DNA of 64,000 nt from Candidatus Bathyarchaeota archaeon (lineage in GTDB: Archaea; Thermoproteota; CALKCG01; B24; DRYS01): contig JAGTQC010000004.1 in NCBI GenBank assembly GCA_018396535.1, positions 11,418 through 75,417 of the forward strand, read 5' to 3'. The number at the start of each line of letters is the position of its first letter. Position 1 is the stretch's first letter. Positions 38,374 through 48,849 of the stretch are shown piece after piece. The notes under the pieces are model-generated. The model was not told the DNA's origin. It worked only from the letters and a program-made list of their open reading frames with translations, and searched no databases. The position numbers and the translations under genes were made by a program.

Positions 38374-40872
38374 GTGCGAGCTCCTCCTGTTTTTATAATG
38401 GCTGGTGGTGAAGGAACTAGACTACGTCCTCTCACTTCGAATAGACCTAAGCCTATGGTTCCTATAGCTAATAAACCTGTACTCAAGCATACTTTCGAAA
38501 CCCTTCTATCATTCGGGTTCAAGAAGTTCATATTAACCCTCCACTACATGCCTATGGTGGTTGAGAAGTACTTCGGTAATGGCTCGAGCATAGGTGCAGA
38601 GGTATCCTATAGCATAGAGGATAGACCTATGGGTACTGCTGGAGGTGTAAAATCTGCTATAGAGATGTATGGAGTCGAAGAAGGTACCATCCTAGTTTGG
38701 AGTGGTGACGTACTTTCATACTTTGATGTAAGCGATATGTTAGATTTCCATAAAGATAAAGGTTCTATTCTGACTATAGCATCTACCAAGATCGATAATC
38801 CTGTAGAGTTTGGTGTACTAGTATTCGATGATGAGTATAGGGTTAAGCGGTTGCAAGAGAAGCCTTCATACTCTGAAGTTTCTAGTCTATGGATAAACTG
38901 CGGTATATATATCTTAGAACCTGAAGCCTATAACCAGATACCTCCTGGTAAATCATACGATTTCTCTAAGGATCTTATACCTCAACTCATAAGCGAGGGT
39001 GAGCCAGTTTACATCTACCCTCTTAAAGGCTACTGGAACGATATAGGTACCCCTTTAAACTATCTACAGGCGAATATCGATGTTCTAAACCGTAGAGCTG
39101 GTATGCTAAAACCAGCTGGTTTAGAGTATGAGCCAGGTATATGGGTTGAAGATCCTGATGTTATCAACAATATCCATTTGACTCCACCTGTAGCTATAGG
39201 TGGAGGTTCAACTATAAGCTCTGATGCATCGATAGGGCCATCATCGGTCTTGGGACGTAATGTATCAGTAGGTGATGGTGTCTCAATATCTAGGAGTATT
39301 ATATGGGATTCCTCGGTTATAGGAGCATATTCTAGGATCGATGGCTCGATTATATGTGAATCATGTATACTAGGCGAAAGCGTTTTATGCAACCCAGGTG
39401 TAGTAGTGGGTGATAGATGTAGGATCGGTAAGCATAGCGTTATCCGTTCTAGTATTAGGATATGGCCTGAGAGACTCGTAGACTCATACTCGATAGTCAG
39501 CTCAGATATCAGATGGGGGATAAGATGGTATTCGACATTATTCACGGTTGAAGGTGTAACTGGAGCTGTAAACGTAGAGGTTACACCAGATTTTGCAGCT
39601 AAACTAGGTTTAGCTATAGGTTCATGGTTGAATATCGGTGGAAGGGTAGCTGTAGCTAGAGATAACTCTACGATATCCAGGATGATTAAGCGTAGCCTTG
39701 TTTCAGGTCTCCTCGCTGCTGGTATCGATGTAGAGAATCTTACAGTAACACCGCTACCGCTTCTTAACTCCTACATACCCAGATATAAACTCGACGGCGG
39801 GGTATATGTATCTGCCCCCGCTCATGCTCCTGGGCATATCGTTATAAAGGTGTTAGATAGGCATGGGGTAGAGATAGGCGGATCTGAGAGAAGAGCTATA
39901 GATGAGATTTTATTTAAGGAGTCATTTCGTAGAGTTAAACCTGAGGATATAGGTGAGCTAACTTATCCAACCGGGTTTATGGAGGAGTATGTAGACGATC
40001 TACTGGCCCGCTCATCGATCGGTAGCTTGAGAGGTATAAAGCTTGTAGTAAACGCTGTCGAAGGATCGACTTCTGCTATACTACCTATACTCCTAGATAG
40101 GCTCGACGCCGATGTATTCCTTCTAGGCGTACGGAGTGTTAGATCTACGAAAACTAAAGGTATATTAGAGGAGGTTGAAGCGACATCTAGAGTTGTTCGC
40201 TCTATCAATGCTGATCTAGGCTTCATATTCGATTGTAGCGGTTCTAGAATACTTGTAGTAGATGATGAAGGTATCCCGTTACAAAGCGAGTTAACTCTAG
40301 GTATGCTAGCGTATTATCTAGCTGAAATAGGTAGTATAGGCAATGTAGTTTTATCATCGTGTATCCCCGAATCCATATACAACTATATATCCAATTTAGG
40401 TTACAACGTTATGAGATGTAAGAGAGACCCATCCGCTCTACTTAGAAGTATAATAGATTCTAAAGCGGTATTCGGAGGGGATGAAACTGGTAGAATCTGT
40501 ATATCTAGATTAACACCGTTCTTTGATTCTATAGCTTCGATGCTAGTTATGCTAGAACTTCTATCTAAGCATAGGATTAGCTCTATCAGAAGACAGATAC
40601 CTTTAAAGTATAAGGTTGATGGTTCAGTAGAGTTGCCTAGGAGATCTATGAGTAGAGTTATAGCGAGGCTGAGGGAGGAGCTTGGAGATTACGATGCTCC
40701 TGGTATAGAAGGGTTGAAGATAATCGAGGGCGATGCATATATATCTATCGTACCCTCCCTAGAGGAACCTAAGATACTACTATACGTCGAATCTGAGAAT
40801 CCTGAGATAGCTAAGAGCATTCTGAGAAGGTATGAAGATATAGTTAAGCTCATCGTATCATCAGAGGGTTGA
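38374..40872 (+). CDS. Sugar-1-phosphate nucleotidyltransferase + left-handed beta-helix + PGM/PMM-like domain fusion
   Basis: MAGGEGTRLRPLT..RPKPM, GTAG, EKP and YWNDIG, then hexapeptide repeats, then LF...GV.G..N phosphohexomutase fold with degenerate catalytic loops. Confidence 0.88.
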   Translation: MRAPPVFIMAGGEGTRLRPLTSNRPKPMVPIANKPVLKHTFETLLSFGFKKFILTLHYMPMVVEKYFGNGSSIGAEVSYSIEDRPMGTAGGVKSAIEMYGVEEGTILVWSGDVLSYFDVSDMLDFHKDKGSILTIASTKIDNPVEFGVLVFDDEYRVKRLQEKPSYSEVSSLWINCGIYILEPEAYNQIPPGKSYDFSKDLIPQLISEGEPVYIYPLKGYWNDIGTPLNYLQANIDVLNRRAGMLKPAGLEYEPGIWVEDPDVINNIHLTPPVAIGGGSTISSDASIGPSSVLGRNVSVGDGVSISRSIIWDSSVIGAYSRIDGSIICESCILGESVLCNPGVVVGDRCRIGKHSVIRSSIRIWPERLVDSYSIVSSDIRWGIRWYSTLFTVEGVTGAVNVEVTPDFAAKLGLAIGSWLNIGGRVAVARDNSTISRMIKRSLVSGLLAAGIDVENLTVTPLPLLNSYIPRYKLDGGVYVSAPAHAPGHIVIKVLDRHGVEIGGSERRAIDEILFKESFRRVKPEDIGELTYPTGFMEEYVDDLLARSSIGSLRGIKLVVNAVEGSTSAILPILLDRLDADVFLLGVRSVRSTKTKGILEEVEATSRVVRSINADLGFIFDCSGSRILVVDDEGIPLQSELTLGMLAYYLAEIGSIGNVVLSSCIPESIYNYISNLGYNVMRCKRDPSALLRSIIDSKAVFGGDETGRICISRLTPFFDSIASMLVMLELLSKHRISSIRRQIPLKYKVDGSVELPRRSMSRVIARLREELGDYDAPGIEGLKIIEGDAYISIVPSLEEPKILLYVESENPEIAKSILRRYEDIVKLIVSSEG

Positions 40873-40876
40873 AGCT

Positions 40877-42055
40877 TTGCGTATAATTATGCTTTCATGG
40901 GAGTATCCTCCTAGGATAGTTGGAGGTATATCTAGACATGTCTACTTCCTTAGTAGAGCTCTAGCTTCAGAAGGATGTGAAGTCCACGTCGTGACACTCG
41001 ACTTCCCAGGTAAGTCTATCTACGAGGTGGAGGATGGTGTACATGTACATAGGGTTCCCGTAGAGATAGGAGCGTCAAATTTCCATATGTGGGTAGCTCT
41101 ATTCAACCATTTCTTCGAGAAGCGTATAGGGTATATAACTCATAATTTCGGTAAACCTGATGTAGTGCATAGTCATGACTGGCTTACCGCTCTATCTGGT
41201 ATATCTGCTAAGCATATGCTTAGAATACCGCTCGTAGTAACCTTCCATAGTACTGAGAGGGGTAGATCACAAGGATTAGCAAACCCAGAATCTTATATGG
41301 TAGACTCTATAGAATGGTGGGCATCCTATGAGGCTTCGATCGTTATAACGGTAAGTAGTCATATGAAAGATGAGCTTATCCGCTACTTTAAGCTTCCAGA
41401 GGATAAGGTATACGTCATCCATAATGGAGTTGATCCATCAATCTTCAATATAAGCGTAGATAGAGATTCTATACGTGGCAGGCTAGGTGTCAAACCCTGG
41501 GAGAAGCTTATAGTATCTGTTGGGAGGATGAGCCATCAGAAGGGCTTCCATATACTACTGCAAGCTATGAGTATCGTAATTCACAGGTATAGGGATGTTA
41601 AGCTTATCCTAGTAGGTGACGGGTATATGAGGGGGGAGCTTGAAAGGCAAGCTTCAGATCTAGGTTTATCTGAGCATGTAGTATTCACAGGATTTATAGA
41701 CGATGTCTATCTTAAAGCTATACTAAAATCTGCAGATATCATGGTTGTATGCTCACTATACGAGCCGTTCGGTATAGTTGCCTTAGAAGGTATGGCTTCA
41801 GGTCTACCTGTAATAGTCTCAGCTACAGGTGGGTTGAAGGAGATAGTTGAGCATGAAGTAGATGGTTTATGGGCTAGCCCTGGGGATCCTGCCAGTTTAG
41901 CTTCATGTATTGAGAGACTACTGGTAGATGCTGATCTAGTATCGAAACTCCGATTTAACGCTATAGTAAAAGCTAAAAGGTTTGATTGGAGAAATATAGC
42001 TAAGAAGGTGCTCGAAGCTTATGGGGATGCTGGAAGGAGAGCAAGGTTTCAGTAG
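40877..42055 (+). CDS. GT4 glycosyltransferase (glycogen synthase-like)
   Basis: SWEYPPRIVGG, HSHDWL, HSTERGR and SLYEPFGIVALE. Confidence 0.9.
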   Translation: MRIIMLSWEYPPRIVGGISRHVYFLSRALASEGCEVHVVTLDFPGKSIYEVEDGVHVHRVPVEIGASNFHMWVALFNHFFEKRIGYITHNFGKPDVVHSHDWLTALSGISAKHMLRIPLVVTFHSTERGRSQGLANPESYMVDSIEWWASYEASIVITVSSHMKDELIRYFKLPEDKVYVIHNGVDPSIFNISVDRDSIRGRLGVKPWEKLIVSVGRMSHQKGFHILLQAMSIVIHRYRDVKLILVGDGYMRGELERQASDLGLSEHVVFTGFIDDVYLKAILKSADIMVVCSLYEPFGIVALEGMASGLPVIVSATGGLKEIVEHEVDGLWASPGDPASLASCIERLLVDADLVSKLRFNAIVKAKRFDWRNIAKKVLEAYGDAGRRARFQ

Positions 42056-42287
42056 TCTTGTGAAAAACCTCCTCTCATCCCTATTAACCTTAGGAGCTGT
42101 AGATCGATCCAAAGCTCTAACCATTGTGGAGCTATCTAAAAGAACCGGTATGGAAGCTAGATGCATAGACTCTACCATAACTCTCCTTATACGTTCTGGA
42201 TACGTAGCCTCCATAGACTCTGAGAATGGTGCTAGATTCTATCTAACACCGAACGGTATATTAGCAGCCTCCTCACTCTACTCCTAA
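42021..42287 (+). CDS. Small winged-helix protein
   Basis: A..I.ELSKRTGM....D..I..LIRSGYV and RFYLT.NG. It lies within the operon between GT4 and galT. Confidence 0.6.
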   Translation: MGMLEGEQGFSSLVKNLLSSLLTLGAVDRSKALTIVELSKRTGMEARCIDSTITLLIRSGYVASIDSENGARFYLTPNGILAASSLYS

Positions 42288-42294
42288 CACAGGT

Positions 42295-43218
42295 TTGTCT
42301 AAACTTATACGTAACCAACTAACAGGTGAATGGATCGTAGTAGCTCCACGTAGAGGTAGACGTCCTATTCACTATGGTGGAGTAGAGGGGTGCCCATTCT
42401 GCCCGGGTAACGAACGTGCAACACCTCCTGCAAAGCTTATTTATGTAAGATCAGATGATGGATCTATACATCGGTTTAGAGATGAAGATGATGCTAGAAG
42501 GAGTGATTGGCTAGTTAGAGTATTCGATAACCTATACCCGATATTCTCTACCACATATGAAGGCGTATATGGGTACCATGAGGTTCTTGTAGAAACACCT
42601 AAACATGAGGATAAGCCTTGGAGTATATCAATCGATCAGCAAGCATTAGCTATAAAAGCAGCTCTTGAACGTATAGATATACTGAAGCTAGATCCAAATA
42701 TAAGATACGTACTATTGTTCAAGAATTATGGTAGATCAGCTGGTGCTTCGATAGAGCATATGCATATGCAGATAGCTGCTTCACCTATTATCCCACCTAG
42801 AGTAGAGCTTGAGCTATCCTCGTATAGGGGTGAATGCCCAGTATGTATGCTTATAGAGGAGAGCTCCTTAATCAATAGATATGATGATATCCTTGCTATA
42901 TGCCCTAAAGCTAGCTCCAAACCGTACGAAGTTATGGTGACATCGATCGAACATAAGCCTGATATACCACGTACAGAGAGTTATATCGAAGCTTTAGCTA
43001 GAATACTAGTAGATGTTATGCGTAGGTTACGATCAATCCTCGGTGAGTTTGAATTTAACTACTGGCTACACTATGGCTTAACTCGAGATCACCATTGGCA
43101 TATCGAGATACTACCGAAAACATCCATATGGGCTGGATTAGAGCTTGGTGGATGGATATATGTGAATGCTATACCTCCTAGTGAAGCAGCTGAGAATCTT
43201 AGAAAAGCTCTTAGTTAA
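42295..43218 (+). CDS. galT: GalT-family hexose-1-phosphate nucleotidyltransferase / NDP-sugar phosphorylase
   Basis: R..LTGEW...APRR..RP, CPFCPGNE, VF.NLYP, GYHEV.VE, FKN.G..AGAS..HMHMQI and HWHIEI.P. Confidence 0.88.
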   Translation: MSKLIRNQLTGEWIVVAPRRGRRPIHYGGVEGCPFCPGNERATPPAKLIYVRSDDGSIHRFRDEDDARRSDWLVRVFDNLYPIFSTTYEGVYGYHEVLVETPKHEDKPWSISIDQQALAIKAALERIDILKLDPNIRYVLLFKNYGRSAGASIEHMHMQIAASPIIPPRVELELSSYRGECPVCMLIEESSLINRYDDILAICPKASSKPYEVMVTSIEHKPDIPRTESYIEALARILVDVMRRLRSILGEFEFNYWLHYGLTRDHHWHIEILPKTSIWAGLELGGWIYVNAIPPSEAAENLRKALS

Positions 43219-43313
43219 AAATAATGTTTCAGCTTAAAACCTGTATAGAAACATAGGTTTCACTAGTTTCTCGGAATCCCTTATATTAAGGCTGGCTTTC
43301 TAAAGGAGGAATA

Positions 43314-45653
43314 GTGAAAGATATGGGTGAAGCTAGCGTCATACCATCAAAGACTTCTATGATAGCTACACTCCTACTAATACTAGCATCTAGCTTACCA
43401 CAGTTATCAGCTCAAACAGTAAATTACACCTTCGTATACGGCTATGTACTAGACGAGAATGGATCAGGCTTATCTAGTGTTAGAATCCTAGTATCAGCTC
43501 AGGATGGATCGGTAAAAACCCTATCATATACAAATAGTGATGGATACTTTGGGCTACTATTAGAGAGGGGTTATACGTATACGTTAACCTTCTCTAAGCC
43601 CGGCTACGTTACCGTTACTAGGAGTATAAATGCTCAGAAGTTCGATATGAATATAGGTAATATTACTTTACGGGAGGCTATAAGGGTTACATCCATGACA
43701 GCGACCATAGCTTCTACAGCGGGATCAGATATATCGATACCAGTTACTATATCTAATGAAGGTGAGGTAGCAGAGCTTTTAACACTTAGCGTAGAGAAGC
43801 CTGAGGAGTGGGGTGTTAGGATAGTCTATCAGAATAGGGAGGTTTTGAGTATAGTTTTATCTAAGGGGCAGAGTATATCGATGGATGTTATACTCTCCAT
43901 ACCTAAGGATGCTCTTGAAGGCTTGTACAAACTAACAATTATAGTTAATGGAACGCTTATGCTTCGTAAAGTGTTCTATATCTATGTCCAGCCTCAACCT
44001 ACAGTAAGGATATATGGCTCCGTATTAGATGATGATGGATCCGCTTTAGGTAATGTTAAGATAGATGTATACTCTCAGGATGGTATTCTTATAGGATGTT
44101 TCGAATCTCTTACCGATGGATCCTTCTATTTAGTATTACCTTCCGTATCTAAGAGTATGTCGTTAACCTTCTCCAAGCCTGGCTACGTTAAACTATCTAA
44201 GGTGGTATCCATATCTAGTGGTGAACTCGATCTCGGTGCGTTAACTCTTCGTAAAGCTATAAAGCTTCGATCACAGATGGTGTCGCTATCTACTGATCCA
44301 GGTAGGAAGATACAGTTACCATTAACTATAAGCAACCTGGCTGATGAAGCGAAGATGGTGGAGTTATCAGTGGATAAACCTGCATCATGGCTTACACGTA
44401 TATTGCTGCAAAACCAGGAGGTTTCTAAGATTCTACTACAACCTAACGAAGCAGTTAATCTACAATTAGAGATTTTTATACCTATAGATTCTCGTGGACA
44501 GTATACTTTAACCTTGAAAGCTTCATCTGATATAGTATCAGCAATAGAGTTTATGGTATACGTTAATCCTCTAACATCTACGATACTGTACTGTCCTATA
44601 CCTGGTAGAACGGCTATACCAGGTGATACCGTTAGATTTCAAGTTAAAGTTAGGAATCCTGTGGAACTAGATCAAAGATTTAAGGTATCCGTAGAGCCTA
44701 CGATTATTGGATGGGTTGTATCCGTTAAAACTCTAGATGGTACCCCTGTATCTGAGGTAACCCTACCGAGTGCTGGATCGTTAGATCTCATAGTAGATAT
44801 CTCTATACCATCTACAGTTAGCGATGGTGTATATAAGCTAACTCTTAAAGCAGATTCGGGTATCCTATCGGATGAGATAGATTTAAGGATAGATGTAAAG
44901 AGGGCGCCTCCATACATTAAGCTTGTAGCTGCACCGCCATACATAGACGTATACTCTGGATCCGATGCACGTTTTAAGATATTAGTCCAGAATATGGGTG
45001 GCTATGATGAGCTACTAGATCTGTTTGTCGAAGGTATACCAGGAGGTTGGAGATATAGATTCGAAGATTCAGGTAGACAAGAGATAACCAAGCTTTATGT
45101 AGAAGCAGGTAGATCCAAGGAATTCTATTTAGTAGTATCAGTTCCATCAGCTTCGTCTCTAGGAACTGTGGATCTAACGGTGTATGCTAAGAGTAGCGAT
45201 GTATCTGATAGGATCGATCTAAAACTAAACATCCTAGGCTTATATAAGCTATCGATAATTACTCAGAACTTCTATACATCACTAACTGTCGGAGGAGAGA
45301 CAACCTTCACCCTAACCGTTAAGAATACGGGTAGCCGGGATACTACTAATGTAAAACTCCTATACTCCAGTATTCCTAGCGGCTTCAATATAGATGTATC
45401 TCCTACGAGCTTAAGTGTATTAAGGGTAGGTGAGGAAGCCTCCTTCACTATACGTATCTCGACGACGCCCGATATTAACGCTGGAAACTACTACATAGAT
45501 TTCACATTATCTTCAGATCAGGTTCCCCCATCACAGTTTACGCTTAGGGTGGAGTTATTCCATGAAACTAGTTGGCTTCTCTACGGAGGTATAGCTATAG
45601 TTTTAGCGTTAACAAGCCTGTTCCTCATGTATAGGAGGATCGGTAGGAGGTGA
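43314..45653 (+). CDS. Surface protein with carboxypeptidase-regulatory-like and NEW3 (NPCBM-associated) Ig-like repeats, C-terminal anchor
   Basis: Signal peptide, duplicated G.VLD..G..L...FSKPGY modules, repeated V.N.G...P..W beta-sandwich modules and a C-terminal TM followed by RRIGRR. Confidence 0.8.
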   Translation: MKDMGEASVIPSKTSMIATLLLILASSLPQLSAQTVNYTFVYGYVLDENGSGLSSVRILVSAQDGSVKTLSYTNSDGYFGLLLERGYTYTLTFSKPGYVTVTRSINAQKFDMNIGNITLREAIRVTSMTATIASTAGSDISIPVTISNEGEVAELLTLSVEKPEEWGVRIVYQNREVLSIVLSKGQSISMDVILSIPKDALEGLYKLTIIVNGTLMLRKVFYIYVQPQPTVRIYGSVLDDDGSALGNVKIDVYSQDGILIGCFESLTDGSFYLVLPSVSKSMSLTFSKPGYVKLSKVVSISSGELDLGALTLRKAIKLRSQMVSLSTDPGRKIQLPLTISNLADEAKMVELSVDKPASWLTRILLQNQEVSKILLQPNEAVNLQLEIFIPIDSRGQYTLTLKASSDIVSAIEFMVYVNPLTSTILYCPIPGRTAIPGDTVRFQVKVRNPVELDQRFKVSVEPTIIGWVVSVKTLDGTPVSEVTLPSAGSLDLIVDISIPSTVSDGVYKLTLKADSGILSDEIDLRIDVKRAPPYIKLVAAPPYIDVYSGSDARFKILVQNMGGYDELLDLFVEGIPGGWRYRFEDSGRQEITKLYVEAGRSKEFYLVVSVPSASSLGTVDLTVYAKSSDVSDRIDLKLNILGLYKLSIITQNFYTSLTVGGETTFTLTVKNTGSRDTTNVKLLYSSIPSGFNIDVSPTSLSVLRVGEEASFTIRISTTPDINAGNYYIDFTLSSDQVPPSQFTLRVELFHETSWLLYGGIAIVLALTSLFLMYRRIGRR
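43582..44189 (+). repeat. Internal tandem duplication (period 579 nt / 193 aa) in the surface-protein gene
   Basis: CGTTAACCTTCTCTAAGCCCGGCTACGTT at 43582 versus CGTTAACCTTCTCCAAGCCTGGCTACGTT at 44161. The proteins align along the whole module. Confidence 0.85.
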
Positions 45654-46615
45654 CCTCTATACCTGAATATGTTATCGAAACATATGGATTAACTAAAGTT
45701 TATAGATCTGGCGGCGGCGCGGTCGTAGCTGTAGATAAGCTTGATTTCACCGTTGAGAAATCATCTATATTCGGTCTACTAGGACCTAATGGTGCAGGTA
45801 AAACTACGCTTTTGATGATGCTAACAGGCTTAACCCTCCCCACAAATGGTTCCGGTAGGGTTCTAGGATACGATATAGTTAGGGAATCTCGTGAGATACG
45901 TAGGAGGGTTGGTTTTCTACCTGAAGGTTTCGGTTTCTACGAGCATCTCACAGCTGAACAGAATCTAGAGTATATAGCTGCTTTGAACGATATACCTAAG
46001 CCTGAGAGGAGGAAACGTATCGAAGATATCCTATCTCTAGTAGGTTTATACGAGGTTAAAAATAGGAGGGTTTCAAGTTTCTCTAGAGGTATGAAGCAGA
46101 GGCTTGGTATAGCTCAAGCGTTAATTAAAGATCCAGAGCTACTCCTACTAGATGAGCCTACCGCTGGTTTAGATCCAGAGGGGTCTAGAGCATTTAAAGA
46201 TCTCGTATTGAAGCTGAATAGCGAGGGTAGGACTATAGTTCTAAGTACGCATCTACTATTCGAAGTTGGGCCCCTCTGTAGTTCTATCGCTATAATGAAC
46301 CGCGGTAGGATTGTCGTTCAGGGTAGGGTTAAAGATCTGATATCCAAGCTTATGAGCGAGGTAGGCTACAAGATATACGTAGAGGTTCGAGGTGATTTAG
46401 GGAAGCTTGCTTCAGCTCTAACCGGTATGGAGGGGGTGAGGGGTGTGAGGATAGGTGTAGATAGCCTCTATGTGGATTCTACGAGGGATATCAGGGTGGA
46501 TATAGTTAAGATCGCTTCAGATATGAAGGTTGAGATATCGAGTATAAGAGTTGAAGAACCGTCTCTGGAGGATCTATTCATAAGATATTATAGGGGTGAG
46601 GCTTCCAATGCCTAG
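45650..46615 (+). CDS. ABC transporter ATP-binding subunit
   Basis: GPNGAGKTT, FSRGMKQR, LLLDEPT and STH. Confidence 0.95.
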   Translation: MTSIPEYVIETYGLTKVYRSGGGAVVAVDKLDFTVEKSSIFGLLGPNGAGKTTLLMMLTGLTLPTNGSGRVLGYDIVRESREIRRRVGFLPEGFGFYEHLTAEQNLEYIAALNDIPKPERRKRIEDILSLVGLYEVKNRRVSSFSRGMKQRLGIAQALIKDPELLLLDEPTAGLDPEGSRAFKDLVLKLNSEGRTIVLSTHLLFEVGPLCSSIAIMNRGRIVVQGRVKDLISKLMSEVGYKIYVEVRGDLGKLASALTGMEGVRGVRIGVDSLYVDSTRDIRVDIVKIASDMKVEISSIRVEEPSLEDLFIRYYRGEASNA

Positions 46616-47558
46616 CGTGTATACTGTCGCATCTAGAGAATTCTCTGATATAATACATAGTAAACGCTTCATAATACTCGTAGCTGTATTCTCGATTGTA
46701 TTCATGGTCGGTATGGCTTCGATATACCTTACAGTCCTCTCCATGGCTCAGGGTCTCGGTATAGCTATGCCTACAGGGTTCCTAGGTAGAGCTGCATCGA
46801 TAATAGCATCATCCATGTCCTACTTCGCTCCGATAGTAGGTATAGCTTTAGGATGCGATGCTATATCCGGGGAAAGGGAGAAGGGTACTCTGAAGACGAT
46901 CCTAGCTCAACCCATATATAGAGATACATTTATAACTGGGAAATTCATAGCGGCAATCTTAGCTGTATCTATAGCAGTCTCCATAGCATCCCTGGTTAAT
47001 GTAGGAGGATCCATAGTAATCCTAGGTGTGACACCTACAAGCGAGGATATAGCTAGGCTAGCTCTATTCATAGTATTCTCGATACTATACGCTATAAGCT
47101 ACTATGGTATAGCTATACTATTATCCACTATAGCGAGGAGGACTACTCAGAGTGTGATAGTAAGCGTAACGCTATGGGCTATATTCACATTCGCTATACC
47201 TATAATCGCCTCTCTCGTAGCATACATGTATAGGCCAATAACTGGTATAGAAATAATACAGCGTCCAGGTGGGAATGTAACTATTAGAAGACCTAGCCCT
47301 GAGGAGATGCAGCGTATAATAGAGCAGACAAGGGCTAGAGCTACTATAACGGAAGCTATAAATAGTATAACGCCAAACTACCATTTCACGAAGATAATTC
47401 AGTACATTCTCGGCTTTATGCAGGGTGGGCTTAATCAATCGTTATCCATATATCAAGGTCTAGTATCAGCGTGGCCTAATATACTGGTACTAGTGTTGGT
47501 AGCCTGTATAACGTTGATAGCATCGTACATGGTGTTTATAAGGCAGGAGGCAAGGTAG
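46608..47558 (+). CDS. ABC-2 type (NosY-like) permease
   Basis: VASREF.D, G.DAISGEREKGTLKTILAQPI.R and six TM segments. Confidence 0.9.
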   Translation: MPSVYTVASREFSDIIHSKRFIILVAVFSIVFMVGMASIYLTVLSMAQGLGIAMPTGFLGRAASIIASSMSYFAPIVGIALGCDAISGEREKGTLKTILAQPIYRDTFITGKFIAAILAVSIAVSIASLVNVGGSIVILGVTPTSEDIARLALFIVFSILYAISYYGIAILLSTIARRTTQSVIVSVTLWAIFTFAIPIIASLVAYMYRPITGIEIIQRPGGNVTIRRPSPEEMQRIIEQTRARATITEAINSITPNYHFTKIIQYILGFMQGGLNQSLSIYQGLVSAWPNILVLVLVACITLIASYMVFIRQEAR

Positions 47559-47604
47559 AGGCGGGTATAGGTTGAAGATAGAGACCCGGTTAATTCATCC
47601 GCTA

Positions 47605-48849
47605 TTATTTCTTGATAAGCTTTTCATAGATTTCAATAGTTTTCTCAGCTATCCTATCCCATGTAAACTCCTCTAGAACTCTTCTTCTACCGTTTCTACC
47701 CAGCTTCTCCGCCAGCTTAGGATCATCTAATAGTATGTTAATACCCCAAGCTATATCCTCAGGTCTTCTAGGATCTACATGTATACCGGTCTGGTTTTCG
47801 CCTGACGGTACGACTATCTCCCTCATACCGCTTATACCTGCCGCACCTACTACTACTGGTTTAGCCATAGACATAGCTTCTAGAGAAACTATACCGAAGG
47901 GTTCGTAGAGACTTGGGAAGACGCATATATCTGACATAGCGTAATGAAGTATACGCTCATCCTCGCTTAGGAAGTCAAATCTCAAGATAACTTTATCCTC
48001 GAGATTTAGGGTTTTCGTAAGGTTGACGAGGTAGTCTCTAAGCTCTCCTAGACCTACTACGATAAGCTTAGCTTCGGGATGCTTCGCTGCTATGTATGAC
48101 ATAGCCTGTATGAGCTTATCGACACCTTTAACCGCTGTAAGCCTACCTATAAATAGTATAATCTTTTCATCTTCCTTGACACCGTATCTTTCTCTAAGCT
48201 TGTAGACCTCCCCTCTATCTATCTTGCTAGGATCATACTTATCAGGGTCTACGCCATTATATACTACCTCTACCTTACTTATGGGAAATCCAAGCGTCTC
48301 TAATTCTGATTTCATAGCATATGATACCGTTACTATTTTATCAGCCCCATCAGCCCCCTTTCTTTCAAGCTCCATAACGGTCATAGATCCATTTCCTAGA
48401 GTTCTACCTCTCTCAGTACTATGTATATGGAAAGCCATAGGTATTCCTAAATGCTTCTTAACGAGTAGCCCAGCTATCACTGAAAGCCAATCGTGAACCG
48501 ATACTATATCAAACTTGTAGCCTTCGAATCGGTGTAGATCGTTTACTAGCTTGGAGGCTGATAGAAGATTGTACAGGTATATATCTGAGAAGAATTTGAA
48601 TCCTGGACCCCAATTCTTAAGTTCTGATGCTACTATATCGAACATTATACTCGTTATATCCATAAGTAGTGGTCTATGAACCTCTACTCCTCCTATAAGC
48701 TCTCTAGTCTTAAGATTTCCATCGTTTAACGTGAATACGTAGACGTTATGTCCCATCTTAACGTATCTACGAGTAACTTCATACGAGTATACACCGAGTC
48801 CTCCGACTATTCTAGGTGGGTACTCCCATGTGAAGAACGCTATATCCAT
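47605..48849 (-). CDS. GT4 glycosyltransferase (glycogen synthase-like), paralog of 40877-42055
   Basis: TWEYPPRIVGGLG, VHDWL, HSTERGR and PSLYEPFGIVSLEAM. Confidence 0.9.
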   Translation of the reverse strand: MDIAFFTWEYPPRIVGGLGVYSYEVTRRYVKMGHNVYVFTLNDGNLKTRELIGGVEVHRPLLMDITSIMFDIVASELKNWGPGFKFFSDIYLYNLLSASKLVNDLHRFEGYKFDIVSVHDWLSVIAGLLVKKHLGIPMAFHIHSTERGRTLGNGSMTVMELERKGADGADKIVTVSYAMKSELETLGFPISKVEVVYNGVDPDKYDPSKIDRGEVYKLRERYGVKEDEKIILFIGRLTAVKGVDKLIQAMSYIAAKHPEAKLIVVGLGELRDYLVNLTKTLNLEDKVILRFDFLSEDERILHYAMSDICVFPSLYEPFGIVSLEAMSMAKPVVVGAAGISGMREIVVPSGENQTGIHVDPRRPEDIAWGINILLDDPKLAEKLGRNGRRRVLEEFTWDRIAEKTIEIYEKLIKK

